From Bugula neritina (Eukaryota; Animalia; Bryozoa), in NCBI GenBank assembly GCA_964035545.1, contig OZ037767.1, positions 11,914,581 through 11,978,580 on the forward strand: a stretch of DNA of 64,000 nt, written 5' to 3'. Each line of letters begins with the position of its first letter. Position 1 is the first letter of the stretch. The position numbers were made by a program, and so were the translations under genes. Below are positions 13,253 through 28,700 of this stretch, in pieces. The notes beneath the pieces are model-generated. The model worked only from the letters and a program-made list of their open reading frames with translations, searched no databases and was not told the origin of the DNA.

Positions 13253-16200
13253 GCTTGTACTGTCAAGGTACATATACAGTGCAGGTGCTTGCAGCAACTA
13301 TAGCCAATTATGCAATAAATAATACTTAATAACAAAAACATGCCTTTAGCAATATGATTGATTGGCAGGTCAAAATCTATGTACACCTTAGTATTATTTA
13401 GCTTGAGTGCTTTAAAGGAAATGGTTATAAAATAGTTAATAAGCAATTATTAGCTTGATTATTCTAAAATATATAAGTGACTATTGAGTCCCTTTTCAGC
13501 AGTTCTGGGTGTCTTTTAAGAGTAATTTCCTATATTGGTAAACTTGATACTCTGTAAATAGGTTGGCAAATAGCAGTGCATTTCATTACTTTCAAGTAGG
13601 TACAAACTGCTTTTGTAAATATACATAAAGCTTTGGTGTCAGCTGCTAATACATCACTGTTTATATCTGTAAGGAGCAGATTTTTTTCTGGGGGTTACAG
13701 ATCTCTGGCAAAAGGAGCCCTACAGGCGATGAATGGGAATCTCAGAATATTACTTTGGTGATATAATGTCAAAGAATAAGAGCTTTCTAAGTTAATTGCT
13801 CTTGTGTTCCAACATACATAGTCTGTTCAGATGCTCTTGGAAACAAGATTTTCTGTGATTGAGATTTTTAACAAATATGAATTGTTGTACGGTTAGCAGA
13901 GAGTTAGTTGTATGGTATGTTTTCAGAGCTACACTGTAGTTGTCTTCTCTAAAGTCAATTGGTTTCTGATGAGAATGTAGAAATCTCTGAAGGTTCAAAT
14001 GTTCAAGTGAAACACAAACTTTATCACTTCAATAAATAGTTGCAGACAATTTAATCAACATAATTACAAAGCTTTAATAGCGTCTCATAAGATTAGAAAC
14101 AAGAGCCCAATGCCCTAATGTACACTATCAATATTTGTCAACAAAGTACATATGTGTTCGAATTTTGTTTATTTGAGCATTTTTTTCTGAAAACAACAAT
14201 TAGTAACTTTTAACAACACTGTCTATGCTTAGCCTATAATTATTGCATGTTTTAAATTTAATATTATGCAATATGCTTTCTGCCTATATCACAAATATTT
14301 AATAAAATAAATGGTGTAAGAGCTAGACAAAAATGATTTTGCAACGTAGTAAAAGTCATAGATGTCTCCCAGTTCAATTTTATTTCACAAAGCATAATAT
14401 AATCAGCTATACCAGAAAATTGGAAAGCACATTTAAACCATGCACAACAGTAAGTCAAGTGCACACAATGAAGAACAAAAAAAATCATCTATTTTTAATG
14501 TCTGTTTCCCTACAATAATTCCCTTTATGGTAAATATTGTTTTATTACAGACATGCTAAAGGCTTGTTTTGAATGTGCCACATTATATAAACCAAATACT
14601 TTCCCTCACATCAGTGGGTTTCAGATCTGATAATTACTGATGCAGTGCTCTAATCACTAGAGAGCTGCTGCTATCTATACATTATGCTGACTAATAGTGA
14701 ATTATTTAGTTAGACACAATATGTGATGGTCAGATTGTTTTTATTCTAATTCATCTTGAACTAAACAAACATTTTTTGCATAATTGCAAATTTGAGTGCA
14801 TTATAACTTGCAATATAAAGCTTTATGTTTTATTGCTATTGATCGTCACTTGCAATATTATAAGAATCTATTATAGCACAATTGTCATAATAGTGTCGCC
14901 GCATAAATGTATAGCCTAAACAACCTCCTATACAAATAAGCTTCACAATAGTTTGCTGATAAAATTAAATCGTTTTTAATTCAAGCAAAATAAATATTAT
15001 ATACCCATGCACTCACGATTGCACACATATATAACTCAATCTATGTATGTATGCAGCTGTTGATTGAGATTTATCCCCTCGTCAGCACGGAATAGAATAC
15101 CATATAGCCCATACCTTCGAAATAAACAAAATGTGCATATTTCTATACTAAAGCATTATATTTAAATGTCTGAACATGTTGTAGTACATTTTACTTGTGT
15201 CATGGCAATAAAAATAAATTTTTTTTTCAGTGTACATAGGTGGTGATATCAGAGTATACAACAATAAATGAACAAAAATCTACATTTAACATCATGACAA
15301 AAAAATATACAAAATATTATATGATCATGTAGATTATTATTACAGATAGCTTTACAAATCTAAAAATGTACATACTAGAAAACAACATTTTCTTGCTTAT
15401 AAATATTTTTGTGATGACAAAAATTATAATAATTGTTTGTTGTAGACTTCAAAGTTTCCCAACAGCATACGCAGCATGTATTTAATGATAAACTATCTAT
15501 ATCACACAGAAAGTATAACTTAGTGTTCATATAAAGTGTAGCCCATGTTTTAATGCATTTGAATTAATAACACACTACTTGATTAATAAAAGTGCAGTTT
15601 TAGTAATCATCAACAGGCAATGCAGGAAACTCCTGCCATATACCAGTATAATACACTGTGTTTCCATGACTGCACATTGTGGAATGGATGCCCTACGGAT
15701 TAATTTGTGGTTGCGGTTTACATTAACTTATGGCTATGATTTCCTTCGATGTAACTATTTCCATCAGGCAAATAAAAAATTCATTCACAACGCAAATGCA
15801 GTGATAATATCCAGGTGACCATATAGGACATATTATCTCTTTGCTCTGTCATGCGCAGGCAGCGTTCACTGCATATGTGGATACCATACTTATACAGCGT
15901 ATCAGATGATATAAACAATTCATGCATGCATGAAAGGGTTAATAGCTGTGAAAACACTTCACCAGGAAGTTATAATAGGATTGTCAAACAAAACTGCTAT
16001 CACAGACTAAGATATTTTCTACAATGTACAAGTAGCTGATCTCCACTGCACTTCTGTGTGCATGTATGAATTTTACTTAGCGAAAGTCTGTTGAATAAAT
16101 TATTTTCAAGCAAATTACTGGATGGGCAGATAAGGACAAAACAGATTGAGACTGGTAATAATACTTTACCAAACAGTAGAGATATTTTTAGATTGTGATG

Positions 16201-17354
16201 GTAAGCATTAACTCTTGCTTGATAACTAAATAGTTGACTGGAAATGGATAGCATAAGTAAAAATAACTTTGGTGTCTTGATTTATAGTTATATGCATTTT
16301 TTCCACTACTATGGTAATAAGTAATATTGTGTTAGGATATTTTTATCTTTACAATTTCTTACTATTGCTATTTTGCCAAAGATAGATAATTCTTTTTATT
16401 GCCATTTTAAATGCTTTAGGAGATTTAGTGTATGGACATTGCAAGATAGAAATACATATATAATAAACGTAAGGCAACTAAATGATGATAATTATTAACG
16501 TGTAAATAACTTTATATAAAAATATCAACAGTTTTTTAGTTGCTGCATTACAAGCAATATATATTTATAAAGCTATAAAGTATACTTGCAGTAAAATATA
16601 GCTAGAATAAAATAAATAAAAACTTCTTCAACTTGACACAGTTTTACCAATCATATTAGTTCGAGCATAGAGCTATCAGATTCCTAATTTTTCATTTATG
16701 TTTATTCAATTTAGTTATTTTTTATTATTTGCAATTGATAATTATGCATTATCAAATGGATTTCTTATTGCTACTATAAAGCGCAGTTTAGTTAGTGAGA
16801 ATTATAATGGTGATCAATAAAAAAGTCAGTAAAACCTAGTTGAGTGTCATGGCTCTGACTGTAGTCTGAGGTTTTATGAAAAAATTACATAAGATCTTAT
16901 TAATGTCTACTAGCGCTGGTTTTATGTAACCATAGTAACACAAGAAAAAGGAAATAACCATATACATCAGTTTAAGCACTTTTGTGGTTCTCGTTGAATT
17001 AAATGTACATAAAACAAGAAAACTCAAATTAATGTATAATGAGTTTTTGAAGCAGAGACATTTTTAAAGAAGGAATTCTGTTTTTATTTGTTTCTCTACA
17101 AATGAGGTCAACTAGATCTTATTAAAATGTATTAATGTATTTTAGAGCTTTCGTGGTCATAATACCAATTTAATATGTGCATTTTTGCAAGTAGGACATC
17201 AACAAACAAGTACAGTTGCATACAATAATGCAATTTATTAAATGTTTTTAATTAATACAATGCAAATTCTAAAAATTACTCCAATTTTAATAAGAATTGA
17301 ACATTTATTACAGCATTCTATAGAACTGTATCTTGTTATTTTGTTTTCCAGAAA

Positions 17355-20300
17355 ATGAGATTTTCTTCAAGTATGCTGTTGGCATTAGGCTGTTTCTACT
17401 TCTGTAAAGTTTATGCCGTGCAAAGATCATGTAACAGCAGAGAAAGACTTTGCAAAACAGGGCTTTGTAGAATTGAAAAGTGTTCAACATGTGACATTCA
17501 TGACACTTTTTGCATCACTAAAGATCCAAAGGAAATAGTGCCAAAAAATCTCAACCCTTTAACTCAATACTTAACAATCAATTACATCGGTCCTTTAGTG
17601 GAGTTGAGCCAATCTTCGTTTACCTACTTACAGCGGCTAAAAAAAATTACTATTATTGGTAAAAATATCTTTTCTATTGCTTCTGGTACATTTGCACATT
17701 TAGAAAATTTATATTTAATTAATGTGACAAACTCAAAAGTTTCCTTTCTCCCAGATAATCTATTTCATTTCAGTTATCGAATCCGTTATTTTTATTTTGC
17801 AAAAAATCAGTTCACGTCTTTTCCTGTGAATATCTTTCGAGAACTGCCAGTTGTAAGAAAAATGGATTTTTCTTACAATCCTTTGAACAGTTGCAAAACA
17901 AACAAAGCTACTATCCCTCCTGAGTTTGCAAATCTTTCCAAACTTTTGACATTAAAATTGATAGGGTTTGGTAAAAGCCATGATGACTGTAAAAGCGTTA
18001 GTGTGGACTATTTTAGTCCTCTGCAAAACCTAACGACAATTTATTTGAGTGAATCTCACATATTTGCTGCTGGTGAAAAAGTCTTATCATCAATCACAAA
18101 TCTTGTGAGTCTGTTTATTGATAATTTACCGCTGTTCAAGGACTGTCCAGCCAATGCTGCTAATCTGTTTCACTATCTACCTAGAAGATTGGCTTTTATA
18201 TCCATGCGATTCTGGACAACCACTCAGCCAGCAAACAAGTCCTGTTTTCTAGTTCACACAACACTCTTGGGTTTAAAGAAATTGCCTAAGTTATCATTCT
18301 TGGATACTCGATTCAGCGATAAAATCTTTGGGCCTAATCTTTTCAAATCAACATTTGAAGGATTCCCTAATATCCATACATTGTACATTGGTTGGTGTGG
18401 AATCTCATGGATAGAGGAAGATGTTTTCGAGTCTTTAGTAAAATTAAAAGGTTTAATATTGAGCGGAAATCTATTGGGACCAAGAAAATTCAAATTATAC
18501 AGCAAAACTGTGGTATCAAACCTTAACTCCCTGAACCTAATTGATATTGGAATTAATGATGCAAACTCTTATGAACTATCAAGTATACTGGATAACTTTC
18601 CCAAACTAGACCGTTTGTATTTAGACAGCAATTTTCTCAAAGTCATTCCAATATTCAAAAATAATGAGGAGACTAATTTTAAATCGATTAAATTGTACGA
18701 ACTTAAGTTGAATAACAATCACATAAGTCAGTTTTCCGGAGACAATGCTAAAAACCTATGTCAGGTTATGCCTCAACTAAAATCACTCTTCATGGAAAAC
18801 AACAGACTAACTGACCTTTCCGAAATTTGCACAACTATAACTATTCTGCAATTGAACAATAATCATATCGGAAGAAAATTAGAAAAAAACTTCCGTGCTT
18901 TAGCAAGGTTGTCAAAACTAAAGACTATCAATTTATCATTCAATGAAATTGAGTACATTCCTAGCTATTTGTTTGAAAACATGTCAAACTTACGTACGAT
19001 TATGTTGAGTAGAAACAGAATCAGTGCATTGCCACCTAACTTGCCTTATTTATGCCCAAAACTCACAGTTTTAGACTTTAGCTCAAACCTCCTATCTTCT
19101 TTTGACAAATCAAATATCGAGAGATTAATGAGGATTAGATCAATATATTTACAAGACAATTCAATTACCTCAATTTCAAAAGGCTTAGTAGATATCTTAT
19201 CAAACAATTCGAGACATATTAAAATATTTGCTGTCAATGGAAATCCACTTATTTGTTCATGTGAGGACCACTTTAAAAACTGGGTTGAAAATTCATCTAA
19301 TGTGATGCTACCAATGAATATTACATGCACCCCACCTGAATCAAGCAATAAAAGTATTTCAGTTAAAGTTGTTGACTACCAGCCAGATCAATTTTACTGT
19401 TTTGTTAAAACTCCTTTATTAATCATAAGCGCTGCGTTAGCTGGAATAGCTGTTAGCCTAATCATAGCCTTTCCCTGCTACAAGTATCGCTGGTATATCA
19501 GTCATTGTAGCTTAGTATTAAGAGCTATGACAAAAAGAATTAAGGAAGTAAAGTTTGAACAGCAGTGTGAGTATGATGCCCTGGTGTCATATGACAGGCA
19601 GAGTGAAGCAGACACTCAGTGGGTGGTACAGCATCTCATCCCTCACATAGAAGAAAATGAAAATGTAAATGTGAGTGAAATTAACCTTTCAAATCCAATT
19701 ACCTGTCAACAGTATATGTTATCTCTAAATAAGTAAATCTCTTTGAGGTGCCAATTTTATGGCAGAGGCATACGCAAACTCTTCTTTTTATTCATGCCAG
19801 CTGTTGCTTTGCTTTACATTTTGAATATTTGAATTTTGGTATAGAAACTGAATCTATTCATAACTGATAGAGACTCTGAGCCTGGTGCCAGCACATTCCG
19901 TGAGCTATGTGAGACAGTACAGAAGAGCAGAAAGATAATAATTCTTCTCTCAAACTCATACCTCCTTAGTCCAGCCTGTCTTTATCAAACAGAGTTTCTA
20001 GCAAGTAACTTTTAAATATATTATATAATGTAAATTTTATCACTTGTATCACAACTTCTTGCTTATAGATTATATTGACATGTCACTGAGTTCAAGTCGC
20101 AGTAGTTTGAGTACTCACCACCAACAGTACATAAAATACACTGAGTCAAGTCAGCTTGTAAAAAAATAATGAGTAGATATGACTCAACTCAACTCAATGA
20201 AGTAATTTAACTCGAATTGATATAAGCACGTTGAACACTCCTTTTTTTCAAATTTAAAACATCTCAGTCATGAAATTGTTAAACATATTTTTAGTATTAT

Positions 20301-22366
20301 AGGGAACTAGTTTTCTAACTAGTTTTCTAGTTGCCTAAAAGTTTTGTCATCGATTCACATACTAAAGCTTTTAAGTTTTTGAAACTTCATTTATTCTATC
20401 AGAAAATAAAATACTGCTCTCACACGGTTAAGGTTTGATACAGGAAGGAGAAGGGTTTGAAACATTATTATTTATATGTACCATAAAAGCTGTTTATGCT
20501 CTTTCATCTGTTTCCTGCTACTTTAATAAAAATCTAGCTGCTGCTTATTGGCAGCTAAATTTTTAGGGCTAAACAAGTAATTAGAGCAAGTTTTGATGCT
20601 TATCATATTATAGCCTATGGCCATACACAGTCATACTGTAGTTAAGCATAATGATTGCACCTAGCCGTATATATTTTTACTCGTTTAATTAAAATAATTT
20701 TGTTAAATGTGCTGTACCAGCTTGTACAAATTGTTTTGGATGCACTGCTTTATCAGAGGATGAAATAAAAATATCTATACTATTTACGAAACGAAAAGGT
20801 TATAGTAAAAAGGCTGGAAGAAAAAATGCTATCGGCAATAAGGCCTAAAAACAATGCTGAAAATTGAATTATTTGACTGGTGAGTTTTTCAGCATTAAAA
20901 ATTGTTGCTATATTTACATGTGTAGCAAAGGCTGTTTTTACATAGGCCTACTATAGGTGCAAGACAGTGCAAATCCTGTAAGTAATAGCAAGATGTAATT
21001 TGGAAGAACACAAGATAATGAGCAATGTTAGTGCATCAACTGCCTAATATAGATAACCAGGATTCTTTTGCATTGACAAATTGTTATGTTTGACTGTTAT
21101 GTTAGAATAAAGTGTTGAAAAACTAATAAAAAAGTGCAAATATATTTTTTTAAACAAAAGACTTAAAATTTAAAAAAGTTCTTCTGAAGCTAGAAAACAA
21201 TTTGAATACTTTATTCAAGTAGCATTGAAATCTCAGTACAAAGGCCAGGAGGAAATTTGAGTGATTGTCAATGCAGAAAGTCTGCTTTGTAAATATTGTA
21301 AATGTTGTTAGCAGTTTTAATTCGACTCTACATTTGTAGCTTTTGTTCATCTTCAATTAGCGGTTCTGTTGCTTGCATGCAGTGGGTTTATCTATCACTG
21401 CAGATGCTAGTATGGAGGATAATGTGAACATTTATCAGCCTAACAGAATACTTGTACTAATCCTAGAAGAGCTCAATGAAGATATAATTAACTCACCAAT
21501 GACCTCTCTACTTACTTCAAACACATGCATCATAGATATAGTAAGATGTCTTTTAAATTTTCTTAATTATATGTAACATTTCTTTATTTGCTTGATTATA
21601 TTTTTATGTGTATTGAAAACCCAGCTTTTCTGTTATAATATCAAAAGCGACTATATACTTTTACAGTGATTATTTAACAAGTTCTCAGTAGTTATATTGT
21701 AGTTTCAGATTGGTATTTCAAGTACTCTAAAATGGGTTTGCATACAATAAATATTTTTCGAATAATATTCAAAAGAATCATTTGAAAAATAGTGGTGCAT
21801 TAGCATAGTCCTGTGCATTATCATAGTTTTATCAAATGTATTACACAACTTTTCTAAAGTCAAAAGTTTTTATAGGTGCCTTTTTCTTGCTTTTCAATTA
21901 TTTAGAATACCTGATTTTGTACATCATTAGAGCACAGAGCGTCATTAAATGGCTACCTGCTGCAAGTTTTTTTATAGTAATTATAATTGGTACTATAAAA
22001 AACTAGATATATATATATAATAATATCAATAATTATATCTAGAACAGTATTTACTGTTGAACGAATCAAACCTATGCAGTCAAGGTTTTACCATCTTCTA
22101 TCTTATAGGCAATTAATAATTTATTTTGCTAGTATTATCATTTACTTGCATATGTTATGCTCTTATGTTATGATTTGTTTGATTACTTCAAGACTAAATG
22201 CCATGACAACAAGAAAAAGATGGAACGGGTCTGGAAAAAATTGAGATACTTCATTTCAACACCCAATCGGGTCTATAGCAAGCAAAAGCCTAAGAAATTG
22301 AAGCGATGGGCTAGCTACAAGCGTATGCAGTTTTCAGAGCATGAAAGTGAACAACTTATTGTTTAG
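17355..22366 (+). CDS. Toll-like receptor A (signal peptide, LRR ectodomain, LRRCT, TM, TIR)
   Basis: Exons 17355-19670, 19845-20004, 21404-21540 and 22193-22366 (~928 aa). Motifs: LxxLxLxxN repeats, NPLICSC LRRCT, TM LLIISAALAGIAVSLIIAF, TIR box1 YDALVSY, BB-loop DRDSEPG, SRKIIILLSNSYL, box3-like VWKKL. Confidence 0.95.
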
Positions 22367-25300
22367 CTAAAGTCAGTGCTATAATTTGCACTTGTCAAGG
22401 GTTAATTACAATATTTATAGCAACTAGAGTAGCACACTATTTGTTTAATAATCTTTTTGTTAGGTGTGTTCTAATAACTGTTGAATTTTAACATCTTTTT
22501 AAAATTTTGTCATTCTCAGAAATTGATTTAATTAGAGATGCATCAGATCATAACAGTCTGCAGTCGACTGAAATTTTTGCCAAACTGACGTTTTTTAGGA
22601 AAATAATTTCCGTTACGTAATAGTCGAACATTTAACATTTTATTATGTTACTTGTCTCAACATGGCAATCTTCTATCACATTAGTTGCTTAGTCATACCT
22701 GTTCATGCTATATAATATATATAGTGATATACTTCCTATTTGTCTATAACCAGCTCCTTATTTTTCATACTAATATCGTATTATGCTTATAGACTTTGCT
22801 AGAAACCGAAGACTTCCCAACAGCCATATTAACTAAGTTATCCATTACTGTTGATAGGTCTAGTTAGGCTATAAAAGATCCTTATTAAAATAGAGCTAAT
22901 GACCAGTTTCTGCATAAAATATGGTGTGCTAATTTCAATTTACTAACTTTTCAAAGATTTGATGCTCTAACAAACTTTAATTTCATAGTTATGAGCAAAC
23001 AACTCTCATGTGACAATAAAATGTTAAAGCTGGTGATACACTGAACACGGTGTGGTACATAGCTCAGTAACTGCACGCTTACAAGTTTACAAATGAACTA
23101 GAATTTTCAATATAATCATCAATTTACTTAAATAGTATTTCATCAATTCTAGCTGCAAAGAGAGTTTCAACTATTTTAAAGACAAATATTTTTAAGTCTT
23201 TTCAAAAAGCTGCAATAAAATAATAGACTAAAGAAAAAACAAAGCTAAATGACATGCACCTGTTAAGTATGCTATATAGTAAATTTGTGTTAGAAATCAT
23301 TTAATTCAAGCAGCACATTTGCTTTTCTAGATGACTTTACTTCATCCTCAATCTGGTATTATTATTATCTCAAGATAACACGTTGTGTTTCCAATAAGCA
23401 ACATGTTATTTATTTATTCCAAAGAGGCTAAGAATCTTGTGCTTTTAATTTAACGTATTCTCATTAAATTTAGGTAACAATAGCATTTAGCTCAGAAAGC
23501 AATTATAAGTTTAACCCAGCTATCAGCTGACAAAATTTACTAATTTTAGCTACATTGATGAGAATAAAATATAAAAATAGATGTCTACTTAATTAAACAA
23601 TTATCACATTAACGTACATTGTCAACTGTTGAAATATTTCTAAAATAAGGCTCACAATAATTAACAAACTGATTGTTGTCTTGAACCAGTTGATTCAGTG
23701 TCTATAAAAATTAAAAGTGTCCTAATTATTTTAACTATTGTAAATTGATTTGAATGTCAGATAGAACAACTGCTGCAACTTATTTTCCCTGACTACAGAT
23801 AAAAGTCAAAAACTAGTTTGTTAGTAGGTAGTAAGTTTTCTTTACATTTATACGTTTAAACAATGGTTCACATATACCTATATGCGAAAGTTTTTCTTTC
23901 TGTTTTTCAATTTTATACTGTAATTTTAAACAGTACATCTTTGAAATTTTGAAACAAAACCTCAGCTTTTAAACTAGCTCTGATGGTAATGAAATTGTTG
24001 GCTAAAATAAAGCCTCTTTCCTACCACACTTCAGTAACAAAAATAATGTTTGAATAAAACTGTTTTTTATGCTATTGATACAGTCTTGTGGTTTTTGAGT
24101 TTTGGTTCATTTAAAAAAGCAGAAGCAAGTTAGGGTTTCTGCTCAGTAAGTAGATCAAATATTTCCCATCCTGAAGGTCAAAAGGGGCTTTAATACTAAT
24201 AGATAATCCCAGCAATAAGTTTTCAGCAGACATGTTCCTTCTACTGATTGCTCTCTTACCAGGTCAAGATATAGATTCTGTCACAAATTGTATTTTGTTA
24301 ACATTGCTGCTATTAAACTTGTTGTATATGTAAACACCCACCTTCTTTGCTTATGTAAGGAATAGCTATAAGTACTAGCAAAATGTGTAAAACTTTCACC
24401 TCTTTGCTGCAACTATTGACTGTTGAAGGTAAATTTTTTACAACAAAACAAAGAATAGAAAAGATGTGGTCGGACCTTCCTATGCTAGTTGCATTTACAC
24501 AGCTCAGAGTCTCAGCTATATATAGTATCAGCTTATCTAATGGCAATCTCATATGCAGATGAATTATTGTAAGTAATTATAAAGTGCACATTTCATTGTA
24601 TATATTTGGTGATGATGGGAAATTATAAGAGATGAAATAGATAAATCGAACAGAAAGCATTAAACATTGTGCTATATTGCCAGTAATTGCTATCCCTGTG
24701 GGATTTCCGATAGGCATTATGTCTGGATGCTCTTCCTGACATCACTAATAGTTTTTACTGAGCCAGTAATGCTGCTGCACAGCATTTAGTGGTCTATAAG
24801 TTGCTATAATATGTATAATAAATCTAAAAAATATAACAATATATAATACATTTAGCTAGTGTAAATTGCCTCCCAGTTTCTGAGATTTAGCAACTGCTAT
24901 GTTTTTCATTGGTTAGAAGTGAGGCAAAGTTATTTATGAAAAATTTTCTCATTTTTCTCATTTTCTCATTTGAAAAAATAACGTCAGTTTCATTGACTTT
25001 ACAGTAATGACTTTACAGTCGTCTTGATGCATGAAAAGGCTCAGATTAGTATCTGATGGCAAACCACAAAATACTTGGCTTTCCACAATAGATTTCTGCA
25101 AAATAATAAATAAATGTAGCGAGAAGCGCCAAAAAATCGAGTCTTCTTGGAAGTCAGTCATTATATGACTAAAATAACAACAATGCTCTGCTGCCTATTT
25201 TTTGCTGATATTTTTAGTGTATAAAAGTGGCATTGTTTTCATTTTATGTTATTTAGTGGCTGTTAGTTGTACCCAAACATTTGAAACTTAAACTGAAAAT

Positions 25301-25774
25301 ATTCAACAAGACTTGACTGGCAATAGCAACAATCTACTATAGCTAATTTATTCAACAGAAATTAATATAATTCATGGAGAGTAAGTAAACTTATATAATT
25401 TACTGTTGGAATTTTACCAAGAGCATGCTTTCATATTACATATATAGCTACATATAATATCATGGCAGTAGTTATTTAGCTATACAATGTAGGCCTAGTT
25501 AATGTTATATAATATAGATATATCAATCATTGTAGTGAAAACAGATACCTTTCAGTAAAAATAGAAATTATTAAAATATGCAATAAAGTCTTAACTAAAT
25601 GTATGAGTTCTATGGTCGTGAGATTAAAATTTTCAAAATGCTGCTTTGTGCCTCCTCAATCTTGTATGTTGTGTTAGACAACTCACTGTGTGTAAAACTA
25701 AAGTCTGATTCTTTTAAGGAAATTATTACATTAAGGTTTTAATTGTTTCTCTTACAGATATCAACAGACAAGAA

Positions 25775-28700
25775 ATGTTTGTGTTATCAATGATTTTGCT
25801 AACATCAACATGGTTATCTGTGGCCAAGTCTTTGCCAGCTTTTAACCATCCAAACCAAACAACATATGATAACATGCAAGAATTTTTAAACTATAAAGCA
25901 GAAAGTGCTGAAAACTTTCGTGTGTTTGGTAACAAGCAGCTCAGTTTAAAAGCGGGTAATAATTCATTAAATTCATTGTCAAGTACCTATGAGATACCAC
26001 CAGAAAAATGGTTAAAAGATGAAGAGGTGAATTTGAGCCAACGGCAGCAGCGCACCAAAAGAGGTCAGCCAGTTAATGATATGAGTGACAGCATTTTGGA
26101 GTTAATCAATTTAAGTCAATCTAACAAGAAAAATGATGGTATGAATGTACTGAAGACAGAGCCAAACTTCAATGTATCTGTAAGTCGTCACGACCCGGTG
26201 ACTGTTGACTCTAAAAGACTCTCAAAAATTGTTAATTTCATGCAAAGAGATTGCTCAAAAGTGCCTGCCTATAGAAGCCCGATCAAGTGGGTGTCAGATA
26301 CCACAGCTATCCGATTTCAATGTGTAAATGGCGCTTGGGTAACCCGATATATAACCAAGTTTAATGGAACTCCTAAAGCAAGCTCAGTAAAAGGTAATAT
26401 ATGATCATGAAGTTCAACACTGGCATACAAGAAATTTGTTGACTAAATACAATATTACTTCATTCATTCAAGTTGTTTTACTCATATTATTATGCTAGAG
26501 CATTATAAGAAAAGCTTGAAAATTTAAAAACTGATAGTAGATGCATTTATTTTTTATAAGAATAATGAATTCAACTCTAATTCAATGATAGTTTTTGAAA
26601 AAAGGCAACGAAAATGTTTAGCCATGCATCTCCAAGTGTATGTTTCTTAGTCTAGAGTAATTTTTCTAGATAGTTGCAATATTTTCAAACATTGAAACAC
26701 CAAATTAGTTATAAGCTACTTTCCAATTGCTATAAGTTTCATTTTTAAAAAGCACCCTCCCTTTGTATGTGGTAGGAATACGTTCCAGTTTGTTTGAAAG
26801 GAGCTGATCTCATATGTTTCTTCTTATATAACTGTGATAGATTCTCATCCTCTACTGTAACTGCGTGTGTCAGTATTATAATTACTGTTGCGTATACTTT
26901 GAATGCTGTAATTGTAGCTAAGTTGGGCTAGCTTTCTAATGCCTTATTATTGTGATTGTTGTTAAAGCTTTCAGTATAATGTAATTTTCATGAAATACGC
27001 GTTTCCAGAGTTATTTTCCCTTTTTGCTATTTTATCGTTTTGCATTAATACTGATACTGGAAATTTGTGTAGCTTTTATGAATGCCTTCAATAGGTTGTT
27101 ATTATAGCTAAATTCTTGGCCTATTGAATGATTCATTCTCCTTTGTCTATTTTTTTTTGTTACTGTCAAGCTTAACTTTCTTTTGTCTGTTGGAACATTC
27201 TAGATGTGAAATCTTGTGTATAAAAGCAGGCGAGTTTCCAGTGTAGATTCAGACTACTACTGGAGCTCGCTGGTAGTAGGACCACATAAGCTGTATCTGA
27301 TACAATAAAGGTTATCCTCATTTGTACTCAAATACTTGGCTTATTCTTTCTAGAGCATGTAGGCACTAGTTGCATTCAGAACCCACAGTTTACTACATAA
27401 CTTTATGTATTACTTTAGTGATAGACACAAGTTTTATTGTTAATTCAACTGGTTCAACTTAAACATATTTTTATAAAAGCATTTGTGATAAACTCTATTA
27501 GTGAATGTTAGGACAGATCAAGTCACATCAAAAGATATTTCAAGAACATTTTGTAACCATTTTAGATTGCAATGATTTACACCAAAAGCAGCTACAAGGT
27601 AAACTTAGGTATAATGTCACTCGTTTGACCATCAGATATGAAAATGGAGAAAGCAAGAAAATGAAAGTTATGTGTAAAAGCAAGAAGAATAAACCTGCTG
27701 ATCATACCAAGAATGTCAAGCAACTTGTTACAGGTCAGGTTAAATTTCTTTTTTGAATAGGTATGATATGTATTTCATAGGATAATCACTCTGTATATTT
27801 GACTGAATATTATAGATTGAAAATGAATTATACTTCGCAAAGAATATTTAAATAATCAGTACAACTCCCTGTAAATTTATAGTTGCTATCACTATAAGAA
27901 ATTTAAAAAAACAACTTTTAGAGCAGGTTAAAGAAAATTGTTTAATGTGTCGCTAAAATAATTTAACCAAATGCTCTTCTTGGCATCAGCAATGGCGTTT
28001 GAACTCAGACCGCTACCCAGGCTAGCACTCTAATCACTATGCCATAGCTAATCTCTGGGTTGTCAATACTCGTGCAATTGTAAACTGTTGAAATGCTATA
28101 ATAAATTTATGTGTTTCACTATAATATGCACAAACTGAGCCATAACTTGAGTTTATACTCATAAATACATTTCAAAGTGGGTAGATAACCCCAGCTAGCA
28201 AGAAACTTTAAAGAAATAGTCATCATACAAATTTAAGTTTATTGATTCATTACAGTTATTTTCTGCAGCATCTTGCCTACAGTTGTTATCTGAAATGTTT
28301 TAATTACAGCCATTGCCTAAAAAACTAATTGCTGCAGTAAAATCATCTTCGATCTTTAAATGTACGTACTGAAAGATTTGGTAACTTTTACTAGGTGAGT
28401 GGACAATAATACAAAGGAGAGTCAATGGAGACGTCAATTTTTATAAACCTATGAGTAAATATGAGGAAGGATTTGGGAACATGGAGAGTGGTGAATACTG
28501 GTTGGGTGAGTCATTCTAATTTACTCACTCACAGAAAAACATTTGTTCGGAATTATTTATGTTAATAATGATTTCTTACCAGATTTATTGACTGGTTGCC
28601 TTAACAAATCTATAATTTTTAATACTTGGTCAGTTTTTGTGCTTTTTCCTGTTAATTAGCAAGTGGAAAATGTTTTGTATTTAAAAGCTGAAGAAACTAA

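Noticed and set aside
15926-15942. piggyBac-like end (atgcatgaaagggTTAA); a similar lone end at ~29996-30064
   Set aside because: No matching partner TIR was found, so no element can be delimited
13500-16260. Short ORFs between the lectin and TLR A
   Set aside because: No recognisable motifs or consistent splice structure
18254-19348. Antisense ORFs within TLR A (and 36692-38680 within TLR B)
   Set aside because: They are shadow frames of the LRR coding sequence
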